Positions 37,320-50,625 are shown, counted from the first letter of the stretch. The stretch is 64,000 bases of DNA from Prorocentrum cordatum (GCA_963575745.1 CAUYUJ010000314.1:372001-436000); one strand, 5' to 3'. A program made the numbers and translations. Notes: a model not told the origin generated them from the sequence alone.

Positions 37320-37560
37320 CGCTTTCCGCTTCGGCCCGCTGCGGCTCCAGCCCGTTTCGGCTCAATCGGTCTGTTTCGGTTTCGGCCCGTTTCGGCTTCG
37401 GCCCGTTTCTCGGCTTCGGCCCGTTTCGGCATCGGCCCGTTTCGTCCCGGCACGCTTCGGCTCCGGCCCGAGCCGTACTGGGCCGAGCTGAAACGCGCTG
37501 AAGCCGAACCGGGCCGATGCCGAAAGGGCCGAAAGCTGAAGCGGGCCTGAAGCCGAATCG
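37320..37560. repeat. Foldback of TTCGGCCCG / CGGGCCGAA subrepeats
   Basis: TTCGG repeats at 37324-37470 switch to CCGAA repeats at 37480-37560; TTTCGGCATCGGCCCG pairs with CGGGCCGATGCCGAAA. Confidence 0.75.
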
Positions 37561-38008
37561 AGCCCTCGTCTTTGCGGGCCCCTGGGGCCGTCCTGAGAGC
37601 CGCTTGGGCCGTCTTGGGGCCCACTTTCTTCGCCCTCCCCCTCCCTCGCGCAATGCGGCCCTTGGTGTCCGAAGAAGAACATGAGTCGCCAGTTTCGACG
37701 CGAACATTGAGATTGGGGGTCCTGGGGCGCCGCCACGCCGCGGAAAAAGCTGGCGCTTGATTTCGCGGAGCCTTGGGAGCCTTTTGGGCCGTCTTGGGGC
37801 CTCTTCGCCTTCGCCCCCCCGAGGATCGAGAATAGAGGAGGAGGAGGAGGAGGAGGAGGAGGAGGAGGAGGAGGAGGAGGAGGAGGAGGAGGAGGAGGAG
37901 GAGGAGGTGGAGGTGGAGGAGGAGGAGGAGGAGGAGGAGGAGGAGGAGGAGAAGGAGGGTCGAGGATTCGGAGGTAGGATCGAGGATCGAGTTGGCCCCC
38001 CCTCGCAG

Positions 38009-38388
38009 GCTCCCCAGCTGGCGCTGGCGCCGGCAAGCAGCGCGGCGGTGGCGCCGAGGCGGCGACCGAGTACAAGAAGTCTGACAAGTACAAGACTTTT
38101 TTCGCGGACAGGGCATCTCTCCAGAGCGCGCAGAAGCATAATAAGCTCATCAGGACAATCGGGGCGACCACTAAGCAGAACAAGAAAGTCTTCGAAGAGT
38201 GGAAGAAGGTTGTAGTGATTCAGTTTGCGGAGGAGCTCAAGGGCAAGCCCAAGGGCGAGCAGGCCAAGATCTTGGCAGAGAAGTGGGCCCAGGTGTCGGC
38301 AGAGGAGAGGGCTCAGTTCAACGCGCAGGTCGCGCAGGCGGAGAGCAAGAGGAAGGCTAAGCATAAGAAACAGCAGCAGGATTTCAAG
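38009..38388 (+). CDS. Exon with HMG-box-like repeat 1
   Basis: CGCAG|GC acceptor and AAG|GT donor. Encodes KKVFEEWKKVVVIQFAEELKGKPKGEQAKILAEKWAQVSAEERAQFNAQ, matching the HMG helix 2-3 pattern (ExxKxLxExWxxxSxEExxxF/Y). Confidence 0.75.
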
Positions 38389-38601
38389 GTCCTTTGCTTC
38401 CTCCTCCCCATGTGCCTTCTCGTTGTCGTCGTCTGCCTACTCCTCTTTATCTCCTCTTCCTGCTACCTCCTCTTCCTCCCTGCCCCCTCTTCCCCCCCTG
38501 CTTCTCTCAATCCTCCTCTCCCCCCACTCTGACTGGCACGCCACGGTCCTCAGTGCTTCACACTTCTTACTTGTTATGAGACATTCGAGTGTCTTCCCCA
38601 G

Positions 38602-38836
38602 GGTGGGGGCGGCTACACATCGCTCGGGGGCACACGAACCCCGTACGATGCGCCTCCAGAGGGCCCAGATCGTTTGGTTTCATTTTGTTACGCTTGTGGT
38701 TTCTGTTTTCCTGCTACTATGCGCAGGCTGGCGAAACCGTGCACTCGTAGCGTTGATGCCCCTAACAAGTGAGGATGTGATTCGGCTTGAGCAGGGGTCG
38801 TGGCCGACGGATCTCAGCAACGCTGAGATGTTGAAG
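38602..38836 (+). CDS. Two small candidate exons (38602-38662 and 38727-~38836) of the HMG-repeat gene
   Basis: AG|G acceptors and a GC donor give a phase-consistent join: DFK|GGGGYTSLGGTRTPYDAPPEG|WRNRALVALMPLTSEDVIRLEQGSWPTDLSNAEMLK. Confidence 0.4.
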
Positions 38837-40075
38837 CGTGCCGCGCATGTCTTTCCGATCTCTACGGACGCTCGTCCCTTGTCTCGAATGCGCACCCTAT
38901 CATTTCATCGTCCCTCCACCTCCTCCCTCCCTCCACCTCCCACCTCGATCCTCCCTCCACCTCCCACCTCGATCCTCCCTCCACCTCCCACCTCCACCTC
39001 CTACCTCGATACTCCTACCTCCACCTCCTACCTCCACCTGCGTCTCATCCTCCCTCCACCTCCTACCTCGCCCGTGCCTCGCTTCGCCCAGCCTGTCTCT
39101 TCGCCCGCGCTTACCTCCGCCCAGAGCTCGCTTCGCCCGAGATTCGCTGCGCCCCCGCCCGCCCGTCCGCTGGTCCCCCCCCCCCTCCATCCGCCCGTCC
39201 GTTGGAGACCGCCTTTTCGCCCGTGCCTCGCTTCGCCGTGCTTCGCCCAGCGTCTCTTCGCCCGCGCCTGCCTTCGCCCGGAGAGCTCGCACCGCCCGAG
39301 ACTCGCTGCGCCCCCGCCCGCCCGTCCGCCGGTGCCCCTCCCCCCGCCCGTCCGTTAGAGACTGCTCGCCAGCCCTTCCGGGACCGGTCCCCGCGAGAGT
39401 CTCGGCAGCGGGGAGTCCCAGCGAAGGGAGCTTCCCTGGCAGGAGGAGGGCCTCGGGAGAGGCGAGCCGTCGCGAGGCGAGCCTCCGGCGAAGAGCGTTC
39501 TGGGTGAGGCGAGCCTCGGGGAAGCGACTCGGCGCTGGGAGCGTCGGGCGACGCGGGTCCCGGCGAAGAGGGCCTCCCAGGGGCCCTCTTTGCCAGAGGC
39601 CGCCCACTTCGCTCTCCTTCTCTTCGCCCAAGATCTTCGCCTCTGAGAAGGCCCTCGCGGGTCCTCTCAGAGGCCCTCCTCGCCAGAGACTCCCTTCGCC
39701 AGAGGCCGCCTCTGGCAAAGGGTGTCTCGGGCGAGCAAGGGCCCGTGCGAAGCGAGTGCGGGTGCAGAGAGCCTCGGTCGAAGCGTGCCTCCAGCGAAGG
39801 GCGCCTCGGGTTCAGCGGGCCGGAGGCAGTCCTTGGCGACGGGAGCCTCGGGAGAACAGGGGTCGGTGCGAAGCGAGCGTAGGTGAAGAGAGAGCCTCGG
39901 CCGAAGCGAGTCCCAGCGAAGATCAGGAGGGACAAATAGACACAGACGCGATCAAATGTCGATTCCCTCAAACAGATGGGAAAACATGGGAAGCGGAGGG
40001 GAAGGCGAAACCTCATAACATATGGGGAACTATGGGGAATCCTGGGATGTGTGTCTGTTTGTCTGTGTGTCCCAG

Positions 40076-40703
40076 GGCCCCTTCAGACGAGGAGTCCCAG
40101 CGAAGCGCGAACTCCCGCGAGTCGAGCCCGCGCCGCGGAAGAGAAGGCCTTCTCGCAGTGGAAGCGGCAGGCAGCGCCCCAGCTTGCCGGGGAGCTGGAG
40201 GGCAAGCCCAAGGGCGAGCAGGCCAAGGTCTTGGCAGAGAGGTGGGCACAGGTGTCGGCGGAGGAGAGGGCTCGGTTCAGCGCGCAGGTCGCGCTCGCGG
40301 AGGGCGAGAGCAAGGCGGAGGGCAAGAAGAACAAGAAAGTCTTCGACAAATGGAAGAAGGTCGTAGTGCCCCAGTTTGCCGAGGAGCTCAAGGGCAAGAC
40401 CAAGGGCGAGCAGGCCAAGATCTTGGCGGAGAAGTGGGCCCAGGCGAGCGACGCAAAACAACGGGTCGATTTCGCCGACATTCGCGCGCAAGGTGTTCCC
40501 GTAAGGTCGCGCATAAGCCCTCGTCTCCACTGTGGCTTGCCGCGCTGGCGGCCCGCGCAAGCCACCGCGTAAGGTCGCTGTGCTACCTCGCGTAAGACCA
40601 GCTTTTGATCATCGCTCAGGTGTCGGCGGAGGAGAGGGCTCAGTTCAACGCGCAGGCAGAGGCCAAGAAAAAGGGTGAGCACGAGACGAATCACAACGTC
40701 AAG
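40076..40703 (+). CDS. Exons with HMG-box-like repeats 2 and 3 (40076-40443 and 40620-40703, separated by a 176-bp GC-AG intron)
   Basis: AFSQWKRQAAPQLAGELEGKPKGEQAKVLAERWAQVSAEERARF and VFDKWKKVVVPQFAEELKGKTKGEQAKILAEKWAQ|VSAEERAQFNAQ; removing 40444-40619 restores the repeat exactly. The 5' boundary is uncertain. Confidence 0.8.
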
Positions 40704-41294
40704 GTCCTCTGCTTCCTCCCTCCCCCCTTTTCTCCTACTGCACGTCGTCGCAGTGCCTCTCCTCCTCCCTCCCTGTCGCTCCCCCCCCCTGTCCCCCCCA
40801 GGGGAGGGCGCCCAGGCGCGGATACCGAGCCGCCGCCTGAGAGCGTGACAGCACTGACCCCACTCATGAATCGACGAGCGCGCGGGTGGCCCGCCGAAGC
40901 TTGTCCCCGCATGTGGGATGCCGCCTGCTTTTGTCCTCCCCTCCTCCCCTCCCTCCCTCCCCATTCCTCCCTTCTCCCTTTACTTTCTACCTCTGTCCTC
41001 CTCCTCCCCCCTCCCCTCCTCTCCTTCCTCCCCTCCCCTCCTCCCCTCCTCTCCCCGCATGTGGAATGCTGCCTGCTTCTGCCCTCCCTCCCCTCCTCTC
41101 CTTCCTCCCTCTACCTTCTGCCTCTGCCCTCGTCAGTTCCTCCCCCCCTCCTCCCCGTCCTCCGCCTCATCTCCCTCCTCTCTGTGCCTCGTCACTGTTC
41201 GCTGACAGCGTCTTCAGCGCCCCTCTCTTCAATGTTTGCGCTTGGCTCGGCTGGGCAGCGCAATTCTTGACGCTTCGCATATCCCCACCAGTAG

Positions 41295-44200
41295 GTGCTT
41301 CGTGAGGCTCCGGCCCACCGCTTTAGGTTAATTCGTCTTTGCGCGGCCCGCTCTGACTGGACTCGCCGCTGGCGCTCTCGCCTGCGGCCGCTAACTAAAA
41401 AATCCCCACCAGCCCATCCAGCAGCGATGCCCAGGCGACTCGCATTGATTAAGCAAGTGTGGGAGCACGTATTGGAACAAACAGGCAGGGCAGCCGTCAA
41501 ACCGAAGATCGGAACCAGCCTGAGCAGGTCCATGAGTAATTGCCTTCGCGGGCCTTTCAATCTGATGTCAGTCTTGGCAGTCGCTACGGGACTGGGGTGA
41601 CCGTCGGATCCAAGATTCGTTGTCGATTTTTGTTGGCGGGAACCGTTCAACCCTTCAGGGCAGCCCAGCGCTGTCAAATTTTGCGCGGCGGTTGCACGAC
41701 GACGGTGAGCGCACCGTCGAACCCTCAGGACGGGCCTCGGTTGTGGGTTGTGGCCCCCTGAACGGGCAGGAGGACCTCCCCTGGCCTCTCTCGCGGCCCG
41801 CGGTGAAGGCAGTTATGTGCGAATTGCATGATTTCAGTTTCGCAATTGCGGAGTGTGTTTTGAGTTTCCTTGGCCTTTGTGACGAGCGAAACCGCGCAAA
41901 CCATTGCAAGTTTTGAGATCCGAGCCAGAGTCGCATTGAGTGAAGGCATACCTTATAATTCCTATTCGCGCGATGGCGATTAGAACACGCAGAAGGACGT
42001 TAGAAAGGAGCGTGCTTGAAACCATAGATGCGCGCGCGTTGAAACTAAAACAGAGTTTCCATATCACATGTTTTCGTATGTTTGAATAAATCCCCCCTGC
42101 ATCGCAAATACATGTTTATGTTTTCAGACAACAGCGCGTTTTTTTTTTTTGTGTGTGTGTGTGTTTACGTTTGTCGATTAATGCTTTTTTGTTTTTAATT
42201 GGGTTGAGTTGTTTGTCAAAATATACTGTGCGGTTAGTCCATCGAGTTTCGGCCGTTGTTAGAATTTTGCAGGCGGAGGGTTACCGGTTTAGCCGAGATG
42301 TCGTTGTTGTTCTGAAAGGGTGGTTGCCCTTGAAGGTTGGTTTCCGCTGCCGTTGCCAAAATGGGTTCCAAAAGTGCGTGCCGGGAGTGATAATATGACA
42401 GCCTCTTGGCAGCCTACTTGGGCCATCTCAGGGCCCACTTGGAGCCATGTGTGTTGCCTTTGGTGCTTTCTTGGGTCCCTCTTGGGGCCTCTTGGGGGCC
42501 ATGAGGGCCCTCTTGAGGACATCTTCGAGGCCATCGATCAGAGAAGGAGGCGGCGCTTATTTCGGCGCCCCCACTGGGGCCCTCCAAAAGATCCCAGAGG
42601 CCTTCTCATGCGGCGTCCTCGAGCAGTTTCGGGACGCGATGACTTCTCGAGGGGGTCCCCGGGCTGACCTAGGTCGAACTTGGGGGCAATGTTGTACATA
42701 TTCGTCTTGGGGCGGTCTTGGGTCAATGGGCCGAGAACAGCGCCGTAAAACAACACGTATCGGGGGATTTTCGTCGGCGTCGTTCGAGGAAGTGGGTGCG
42801 CCCTTAGACAACTGCAGGGACTTACCGAAGAAGCAGCAGCTTCATAAGCATGTCCTTGCGAAGATCTGCGCGGATTTCGTGGATCGTTGCTGGATCCCCC
42901 TGTCGGCGCCTCTGGCGCAGACCTTGGCGCTGCAGAAATCCAACCCAACAGCTGACAAGCATTCCAAACGGCTGACAAGAATTTCACGGTGGCGGATATC
43001 GTTCGTTCCATGCCATGCTCCCTTTTTCAGCACTCTTTGATACCCTGGCCACTCTCGGCCTACAGCCAAGACGCTGAAACATAGACCGCTTTGGGTCTGG
43101 AAGGGGCTCGATGTTTCATAGGTCTTTCAGTGATTGTTCTTCTAGCCCTCGCCGTGCACCCAAGCTCTTCTGGTGCAGAAAAGGGGCTTCGTTCCTTATT
43201 CAGCGTTCTTTATTTCAGCAGCCCGACTGTACGAACACTCTGGGCAAGCACTCCCACGGACTCGAGCGCCTGCTCCGACAATGCGCTCGTTGGCCTTCCA
43301 CACGCACTTCAAAGCGAAGGCGGCTGTGTCCCACGGGTGCCGAGGAAGGATTCCCAACGACGGACGACTGTGCAGGCAGCACCTCACTCCACTGATGTCG
43401 TAGTGTGGCGCGTGCACATCTACGACTCGACTCAGTCTACTGTCGATCCTTGTCCTCTTCATCATCCTCGTCCTCGTCCTCCTCCACATTTTGTCTTCTT
43501 AATTTTTTTTTCCTCCTTATTCTGTCTTCGCCTGTTACCTCCATGTCTTGTTGCATACTCGCAAGGCGGGAAAAACCTCGACAAGGGCATCTCGGGAGCG
43601 ATCGCCGCGGAGGCCGCTTTTGGTAGGAGTAGTATGACAATGAGGGCAATGATGAGGAGGGATATGACGACGATGAGGATGACGATGATGACGATGATCC
43701 TGCTGATGATGCTGCTGATGATGGTGATGCTGATGATGATGCTATCGATGAGGATGACGATGACGATGACGACTACGACGACGACGACGAGGACGAGTAA
43801 TGATGTGAGGATGGACGGGTGATGATGATGATGCTGATGGTGATGGTAATGGTAGTGGTAATGGTTATGGTGATGGTGATGCTGATGATGATGAGTTTAA
43901 TGATGCTGCTGCTACTGATAATGGTAGTTATGGTGGTTGCGATGTTGGTGATGGCGGTGATGGTGATTGCGATGGCGATGGTGATGGTGATGGTGATGGT
44001 GATGATGATGATGGTTATGGTGGTGGTAGTGGTTGTGGTGGTGGAGATGATGGTGGTGGTGATGATAATGATGATTCTGATGATGCTGATGATGAGGAGG
44101 ATCGTATTGGTGGTGGTGATGATGGTGGTGGTGACCGTAGAGATGATAACGGTGATGGTGTTGCAGATGACGAGTGTGTTGTGGGGGTGATGATGCCCAG

Positions 44201-45482
44201 ACTGGCTGGCTTGCTGGCTGACTGTCTGCGCTCTGGGCAAACCATCCCGCGATGCGCTCTAGAAGCCCGCTGCAGTGCCTCGGGCGCGGCGTAGCTCTCC
44301 GACGCGGCGCAGGGAAGCCGAGCCAGGGCGCGCAGGCAGAGCGAAGCACCTGCCGACTGCTGCTGATGTCCGCGGCCCCGGGCGGCCGGAGCGCACGCGC
44401 CCTGGCCTCCCGGGCGAGCGCGTGGTGCACGGCAGCCACAGGCCGACGAGGGCCCGTCCGGGCCACTGCGGGGGGCAGGGGCCTCCGCAGCCGCCGCGTG
44501 CAGCCGCAGGACCCGACCAGCTGCTTTCTGTTCTCTCTTCCGCAACGGGCTTGTTGCTGCATCTTTCTCTTTGTATAGGCGGTAGCCGTGCTCTCTTCGC
44601 TGAAGGTCGCTCAGGGTGGGCAGATGGTGAGGGCGGCGAGGACGTGAATGCGGGGTGGGAGGAGGAGGGAGGGAGGAGGGACGATGAGGCAAAAGATGGG
44701 AAGACGAGGAGAATGCGTGGGGCGAGGCTGTACGAGGATGAGCATGTGGAGGGGAGGATGGGGGTGCTGATGATTGGGAATGAGGAAGGGCGGATGGAGC
44801 AAGAAGATGCGCAGGATGGTGATCGGCAAGGGGAGACCGAAGATTTCGACGACGATGGTGATGATGGAACAGGTGGTGATCATAAACAGGGTTGGGGACG
44901 AGTGTGCGAATGCGAGATGCGGGATGACTGAGTGAGTAAGGAGGACGTGAGATGAGAAGCAGAAGTAGGAGGCGGGGCATGAGGAGGATGATAATGAGAA
45001 GGAGAAGGAGACGGATAATCTGGAGGAGGAGGAGGATTGGTTTGAGAGGGGTTCGAAGGCGGAGGATGATGATGGGGAAGTATCTTGAGTTCAGCTTCGG
45101 GCTCGTGCATATTGTAGTGCAGCCACAGGATTGAATGCGGGCCCCGCCGGGGGTTGTAATGCTTCTGGATTGCTTCGGTTGTGGGTCTTGTGGACGTCAT
45201 GGTTTGCGTCGGTCCCGTGGCGAAATGGTTGCCACTTTGTGAGGCTCATCGCAGCTTCCTCGCTGTCCCTCAAATCGTGTCGGCGTATCAGACGGTCGTT
45301 GGCCCAGTTGTCATATGTTACAACTTCTTGCAGGGTGCCTGCCCCCGCGCGGCATGACTGGGTGGGAGATTGCTCGGCAGAGCTATCAGTTTCAGGATGT
45401 CGGGGGTTCTGGGGCGGGCAGGCTTTCGCCGCACAAGAAGGCGCGGACCCTGTGCAAGGAACTGATCCTGGGCATCCAGCAG
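41295..45482 (+). CDS. Candidate downstream exons, possibly of the HMG-repeat gene (41295-41527, ~42818-42990, 45334-45482)
   Basis: AG|G acceptors, AG|GT donors for the first and last, and protein-like translations. 41295 is phase-compatible with the 40703 donor. Linkage between them is not proven. Confidence 0.35.
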
Positions 45483-46572
45483 GTGTCCGCCGAGGCGAAG
45501 CAGGCGCCAAGGGCATGCCAGAGCGCGTCGCGTGGCACGTTTCGTTTCGCTGGGCGTTGTGCGCTTGCATGTCGTGTCTGGTGGCTGTGCCCCTGCCTTC
45601 CCCAAGAATGGGCTACTTGTGGAAAGCCCCTCGCGTGTTGGTGGTCGGGGGCGACGAGCAGAAAGATGATGATGCTGATGATGGTGATCATGATGATGAT
45701 GACGATGATGATGATGACGATGATGACGATGGTGACGATGACGATGGTGCTGATGATGCTGATGATGATGAGGATGCTGGTGATGTTGACGATGATGGTA
45801 ATGACGATGATGATGATGGTAATGATGGTGATGGTGATGTTGATGATGATGATGATGATGATCATGATGATGATGTGGAAGATGATGCTGCTTATGATGA
45901 CGCTGATGTTGCTGATGATGCTGGTGATGATGGTCATGGTCATGGTGATGGTGATGGTGATTGTGATGGTGATGGTGATGGTGATGACGGTAATAATGGT
46001 GATGATGATGACGAGTATGATATTGAGGATGATGTTGAGGCTGATTTTGATTATGATGATGATCAGCATGATGGCGGTGATGATGCCGTTGATGATGAGA
46101 ACGGGGTTTTGGGATGAGTCTTTGGTTTAGGTTGATTACGATGACGGTGATGATCATGATGACGATGAGGACGAGGTGAGGATGGGGACGAGGACGAGGG
46201 TGAGGAGGTGTAGATATTGAGGAAGTGGAGGATGCAAATGAGGGGTGATAGCGATTGCGCTGTCGACGGTGGCAGTGATGATAACGATGATGATGGCGAC
46301 AATTACTGGCATCGATGGTGGTGGATGCGATAATGATGATATCGATGATCCACCGGCGATGTTGGTGATGACGATGTTATGTGCGCTTGTGGTACAGATG
46401 GGGGAGCTGAACAATCATTATGAAGAGGACATGATCGATACATATATGCAGATAGTGTGTGTTTGCATGTGTGTATGCATGTATGTATGTATGCATGCCT
46501 GCATGTATGTCTGTAAAGACGGGTGTATGTATATATGCATGTACATATGTACGTATGCATGCATGTAGGTAC

Positions 46573-46603
<31 letters not shown>

Positions 46604-49600
46604 TGTATGTATGTATGTATGTATGTATGAATGTACGGGTGCGTGTATGCATATATGTATTGATGTATACATGTATGTGTGCATGCATGTGTGCATGCAT
46701 GCATACATGTTAGTTTGTTCGTATGTAACCCATTTACGTATGTATGCATTTATGCGTGCATGCATGCATCCATGTATGTATGTGTGTATGTATCATTTAT
46801 GCACGTATACATATATACATGTACGTGTGCATGTATGTGTGTGTTGACATATGCATACATGCATGCATGCATGTATTGATGCATGTATGTATGTGTATGT
46901 ATACATGCATGTATGTATGAATGGACGTCTGCTTGCATGCATGCATGTATGCATGTATATATATATATATATATATAGATACATACATATGTTTCTACAC
47001 CCAGGATCTCGGCGGCGCATGGGGGACCCGGGGCCTTACTTTCCCTGTTTTTTATCAGCCCTCAAGCGCGCTTTTCAGGGCCGAGAAATGCAGAGGCGGC
47101 GGCGCGCGGTTCGCAGTGCGAGCGGTTTGCGCGGTTTTGCAGTTTCATTGTTCACGGCCATGGAAGTGGCACGGCGCGGCGCGGGGGCGCGCGAGGCGCG
47201 TCGCCGTGGCGCGCGAGAGCGCCCGCGCCGCGCGGGGGGGCGATCGGCAGGAGCGGTGCGCATCCGCGCGCGGAGAGGCGGGGGGGGGGCACATGAGAAC
47301 CCCCCCCCCCCGGAGGGGTTGCGCCGCATCGGGGTCGGGGGGGGGCGCGCGAGTGCGCCCCCGCGCGCGGCGTTCTCGCAGGTGTTGGAATATATTTGCG
47401 TCAGCCCGCAAGGCGCGCGGAAATGGGCGCGCGCTCGGCTTCCGCTTGCCCACCTGTGCCCACCCTGTGCCCTGCGGGGCGTGCTGCGCGCGGTGGCTCG
47501 CGTGCACGGCGCTCTCGGCTTCCTTCCTGGGCTCTGTCCTGCCCGTGCCCACCCGCCCGGGGGGGGTGTCCGGCTCGCGCCTTGGGGCGCTCGCCTCGCT
47601 CGGTCCCACCAGTGCCCGCCCTCTTGGGGTGTGGGGTGTGGCTCGCGCTTGGGGGCGCTCGTCGGGTCGCGCGCTTTTGGAAAGCGCGTGATGGTGGCGG
47701 CGCGACCGCTGGTCGCGCTCGGTCGTGCGGCGGGGCGGCAGGGCGTCGGCGCCCGATGCCGCCTTCCCCCCGCGCGTCGTCGGCCCCGCAGGAGCGCGGG
47801 CCTCCCACCGAGCAGCCAGCGGCGCACCCGTCGTGTTCGCCCTATGTTGGTGCACGCGCCGCCATAGCCGAGGCGTTTATACGGGGTTTCGGCCACCCAG
47901 GGCCACCAGAGCCCCGGGGGGCGTGGCCGGGGGTCCCGCCCAAGGACCTCGGCGGCGCATGGGTGGCCCGGGGCATTACTTTCCCTTTGCTTTTACACGG
48001 TTTCGGCGGCCCGGAGCCACAAGGGCCCCAAGAGGTTGCAGGGAGCTTCACTCATCCAGCTTGTTCTGACTCCCCACGCTGCACGGCAGCCCCAGAAGGA
48101 GGGGAGTGGGGTGGGGGATGCCTCCTCCTCTGCGTCGTTGTCGTCCTCCTCCTCCTCCTGCTCCTCCCCCTCCTTCCCCTGATCCTCCCCCATCACACCC
48201 CCTCCTCCTCCTTCTCCCCCTCCTGCTCTTGCACCTCCTCCTGCTCCTACTCCTTCACCTCCTCCTTTGCTACTGCTTCTCCTCCCCTGCCCCTCCTCCT
48301 CCTCCTCCTCCTCGTCCTCCTCCTCCTCCTCCTCCTGCTCCTCTTCCTCCTCCTCCTCTTCCTCTTCCTCCTCCTTCTCCTCCTCCTCCTCCTCCTTCCC
48401 TCTCCGGCTCCTCCTTGTCCTGCTCTTCCTGCTCCTGCTCCTCTGCCTGCTCCTCCTGCTCCTGGCTTTCCTCCGTCTCCTCCTCCTCCCCCCCCTCCAC
48501 AGTCCTTCCCCTCGAAGTCTGGCGCAGCCGTTTTACCGTCCTCGAAGCGCCACGGGCGTCGCTGCCCGAACGGGGGCTCAGGACGCCAGCGGGGTGCTGG
48601 CCGCTCACCTCCTCTTTCTGTGCCGCCCCTCATTCTGGTACTGCGCCTGCACTTCCGGTTCCCTCCCGTGTGCCAGCTGAAGCCTCTGGAACGAGATCCG
48701 CTGTCGATGGCACTGCTTGCCGTTGCATCCTTTGGCACCATGATACCGTGACTAGAACCACGCGCGCGCGTAGCGCGCGTGCTTCTACTATACACACACA
48801 TATATATACACACATATATTCACAGTTTGAAACGACGACGTCTACGTCGAATCACCGCCGCCCCCTGCCTTTTTGGAAACGCCTGCGTGGCCGAAGGTTG
48901 GGTTTGAGCTTGGCCAAGCTATCGGGCCACGCGTTCCCCGAGCGGGCGAGCTATCGGACCAGGTGGTTTCCGAGCTTCCGGGCATCCTGGAGGACGTCTT
49001 GGAATGGGTATTGGGCCGTCTTGGAGGCCTCCGGCGGGCCCTTTAGGCAGTCTGTGACCATCTTCAGGCCATCTGGGGCCGTCGTGGGTGCATCTTGGGG
49101 CCATCTTCGCCGTCTTGGAGGCCTTCTTGGTCGTCTTGGAAGCATCTTGGAGGCCATCTTGGCCGTCTTGGAGGTCATCTTGGCCGTCTCGGAAACCAGG
49201 TTGGGCGTCTTGGAGGCCTCTGGAGCCGTCTTGGCGCCCTCCTGGGGTCCTCTTGGGCCGTCATAGGGCCATCTCGGAGGCCTCTCGGGCGCTTTGGGGG
49301 CGGTCTTCCAGGCTCCTTGGGCCGTCGTGAGCCGTTGGAAGGTTCGAAAAGAACGAAAGCCCAAATCCTTCAAAACCTAAGGAAAACATTGACATGATTT
49401 TTTCTCGTGGAGGACCCCTTCGAGGCCTCTTGGGCCGTCTTGGAGGCCTCTTGCGCCGTCTTAGGCCGTCTTAGGTATTTTTTTGTGCGACTTTGGAGTC
49501 ATGTTGGACTCTCTTGGGTCGTCTTCGAGGCCATCTTGGACCATCTTGGACGAACTTGGAGGCCATCTTCGGCCATCTGGACCATCTTGGAGGCCATCTT

Positions 49601-50594
49601 TGAGCCGTCAGGAGCCGAAAAACCCATTGCAACCGCTTGTTACGCATCTCCGACGGGACGGGCCGAAAGCCTTTTGGAAAAGAGCCAGAACCAAAAGCGA
49701 GAGGGTCTAGCACGCCGGGCACCCTTGTGATGAATCAACAGGGGGCGGCGGATGGCCTTCGGCCCATCCCGCCACTGTCCTTGGGTTGTGGGGATGAAGC
49801 CTACTGGATGTTCGTTGGGATCTCGTGGGGGGCTTCTCGGGGGCATCTTGGAGGCAGTTTGGTTTGCCTCTTGGGGGCCGTTCGGGGGCCTCTTGGGGCG
49901 TTTTTGGGGCCTTTGGTTTGGGGGCCTCTTGGGGTTCCTGGGGCCTCCTGGGCGCTTCTTGGGGCATGGTGGGGCCTCTTGGGGCGGAAGGCTCTGATGT
50001 TCGGTTCGTGTTCCCTCTTTTGGGCTCCTTTTTGGGCCGTGTTGGAGCGCTTCTGGGCCGTTTTGGGCGCCTCTTGGGCTGTCTTGGGGCCCTCTTGGGC
50101 CGGTTTTGGGGCCCTCTTGGAGGCCTCTTGGGCCGTCTTGGGGCGGTCTTGGGGGTCTTTAGGGCGGGGTGGCAGCGCCGGGAAGCTGTCAGGGCGAGAG
50201 CGCCAAAATCTTTCAAAAACCAAGGGGAATCAATGATTTTGGCCTTTTGGGCCCTCTTGGGAGGCCTTTTTGGGAGTCGTGGAGGCCTCTTGGGCCGTCG
50301 GGGGGCCATCTTGGGAGTCCTGGGGCGATCGTTCGGCGACTCGGAGCCCTCTTAGACCGTCTCGGAGGCCCCTGGGAGCCTTCTGGGCTCGTCTTGGGAC
50401 TTTCTTCGGCACGAACAAGTCACGCGACAGATCGCGGGAAGCCCCAGGGGGCACGCTCCAAACCCAAGATGATTTGAGAATTTGGGGTCTGGTGCCCCTA
50501 GTTGACTCGTCAGGACTGAGGATTGAGGCTTGGGGATTGGGCAAAGGATTTGTGGACACGCCCACTCCGTGCCCAGAAACACGGTGGCTAATGA

Positions 50595-50625
<31 letters not shown>

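Noticed and set aside
42352..42364. Minus-strand CCATTTTGGCAAC as a fourth SL relic (also TAGCCAT at ~62246-62252)
   Set aside because: The matches of 10 nt and 7 nt are too short, with no supporting downstream ORF.
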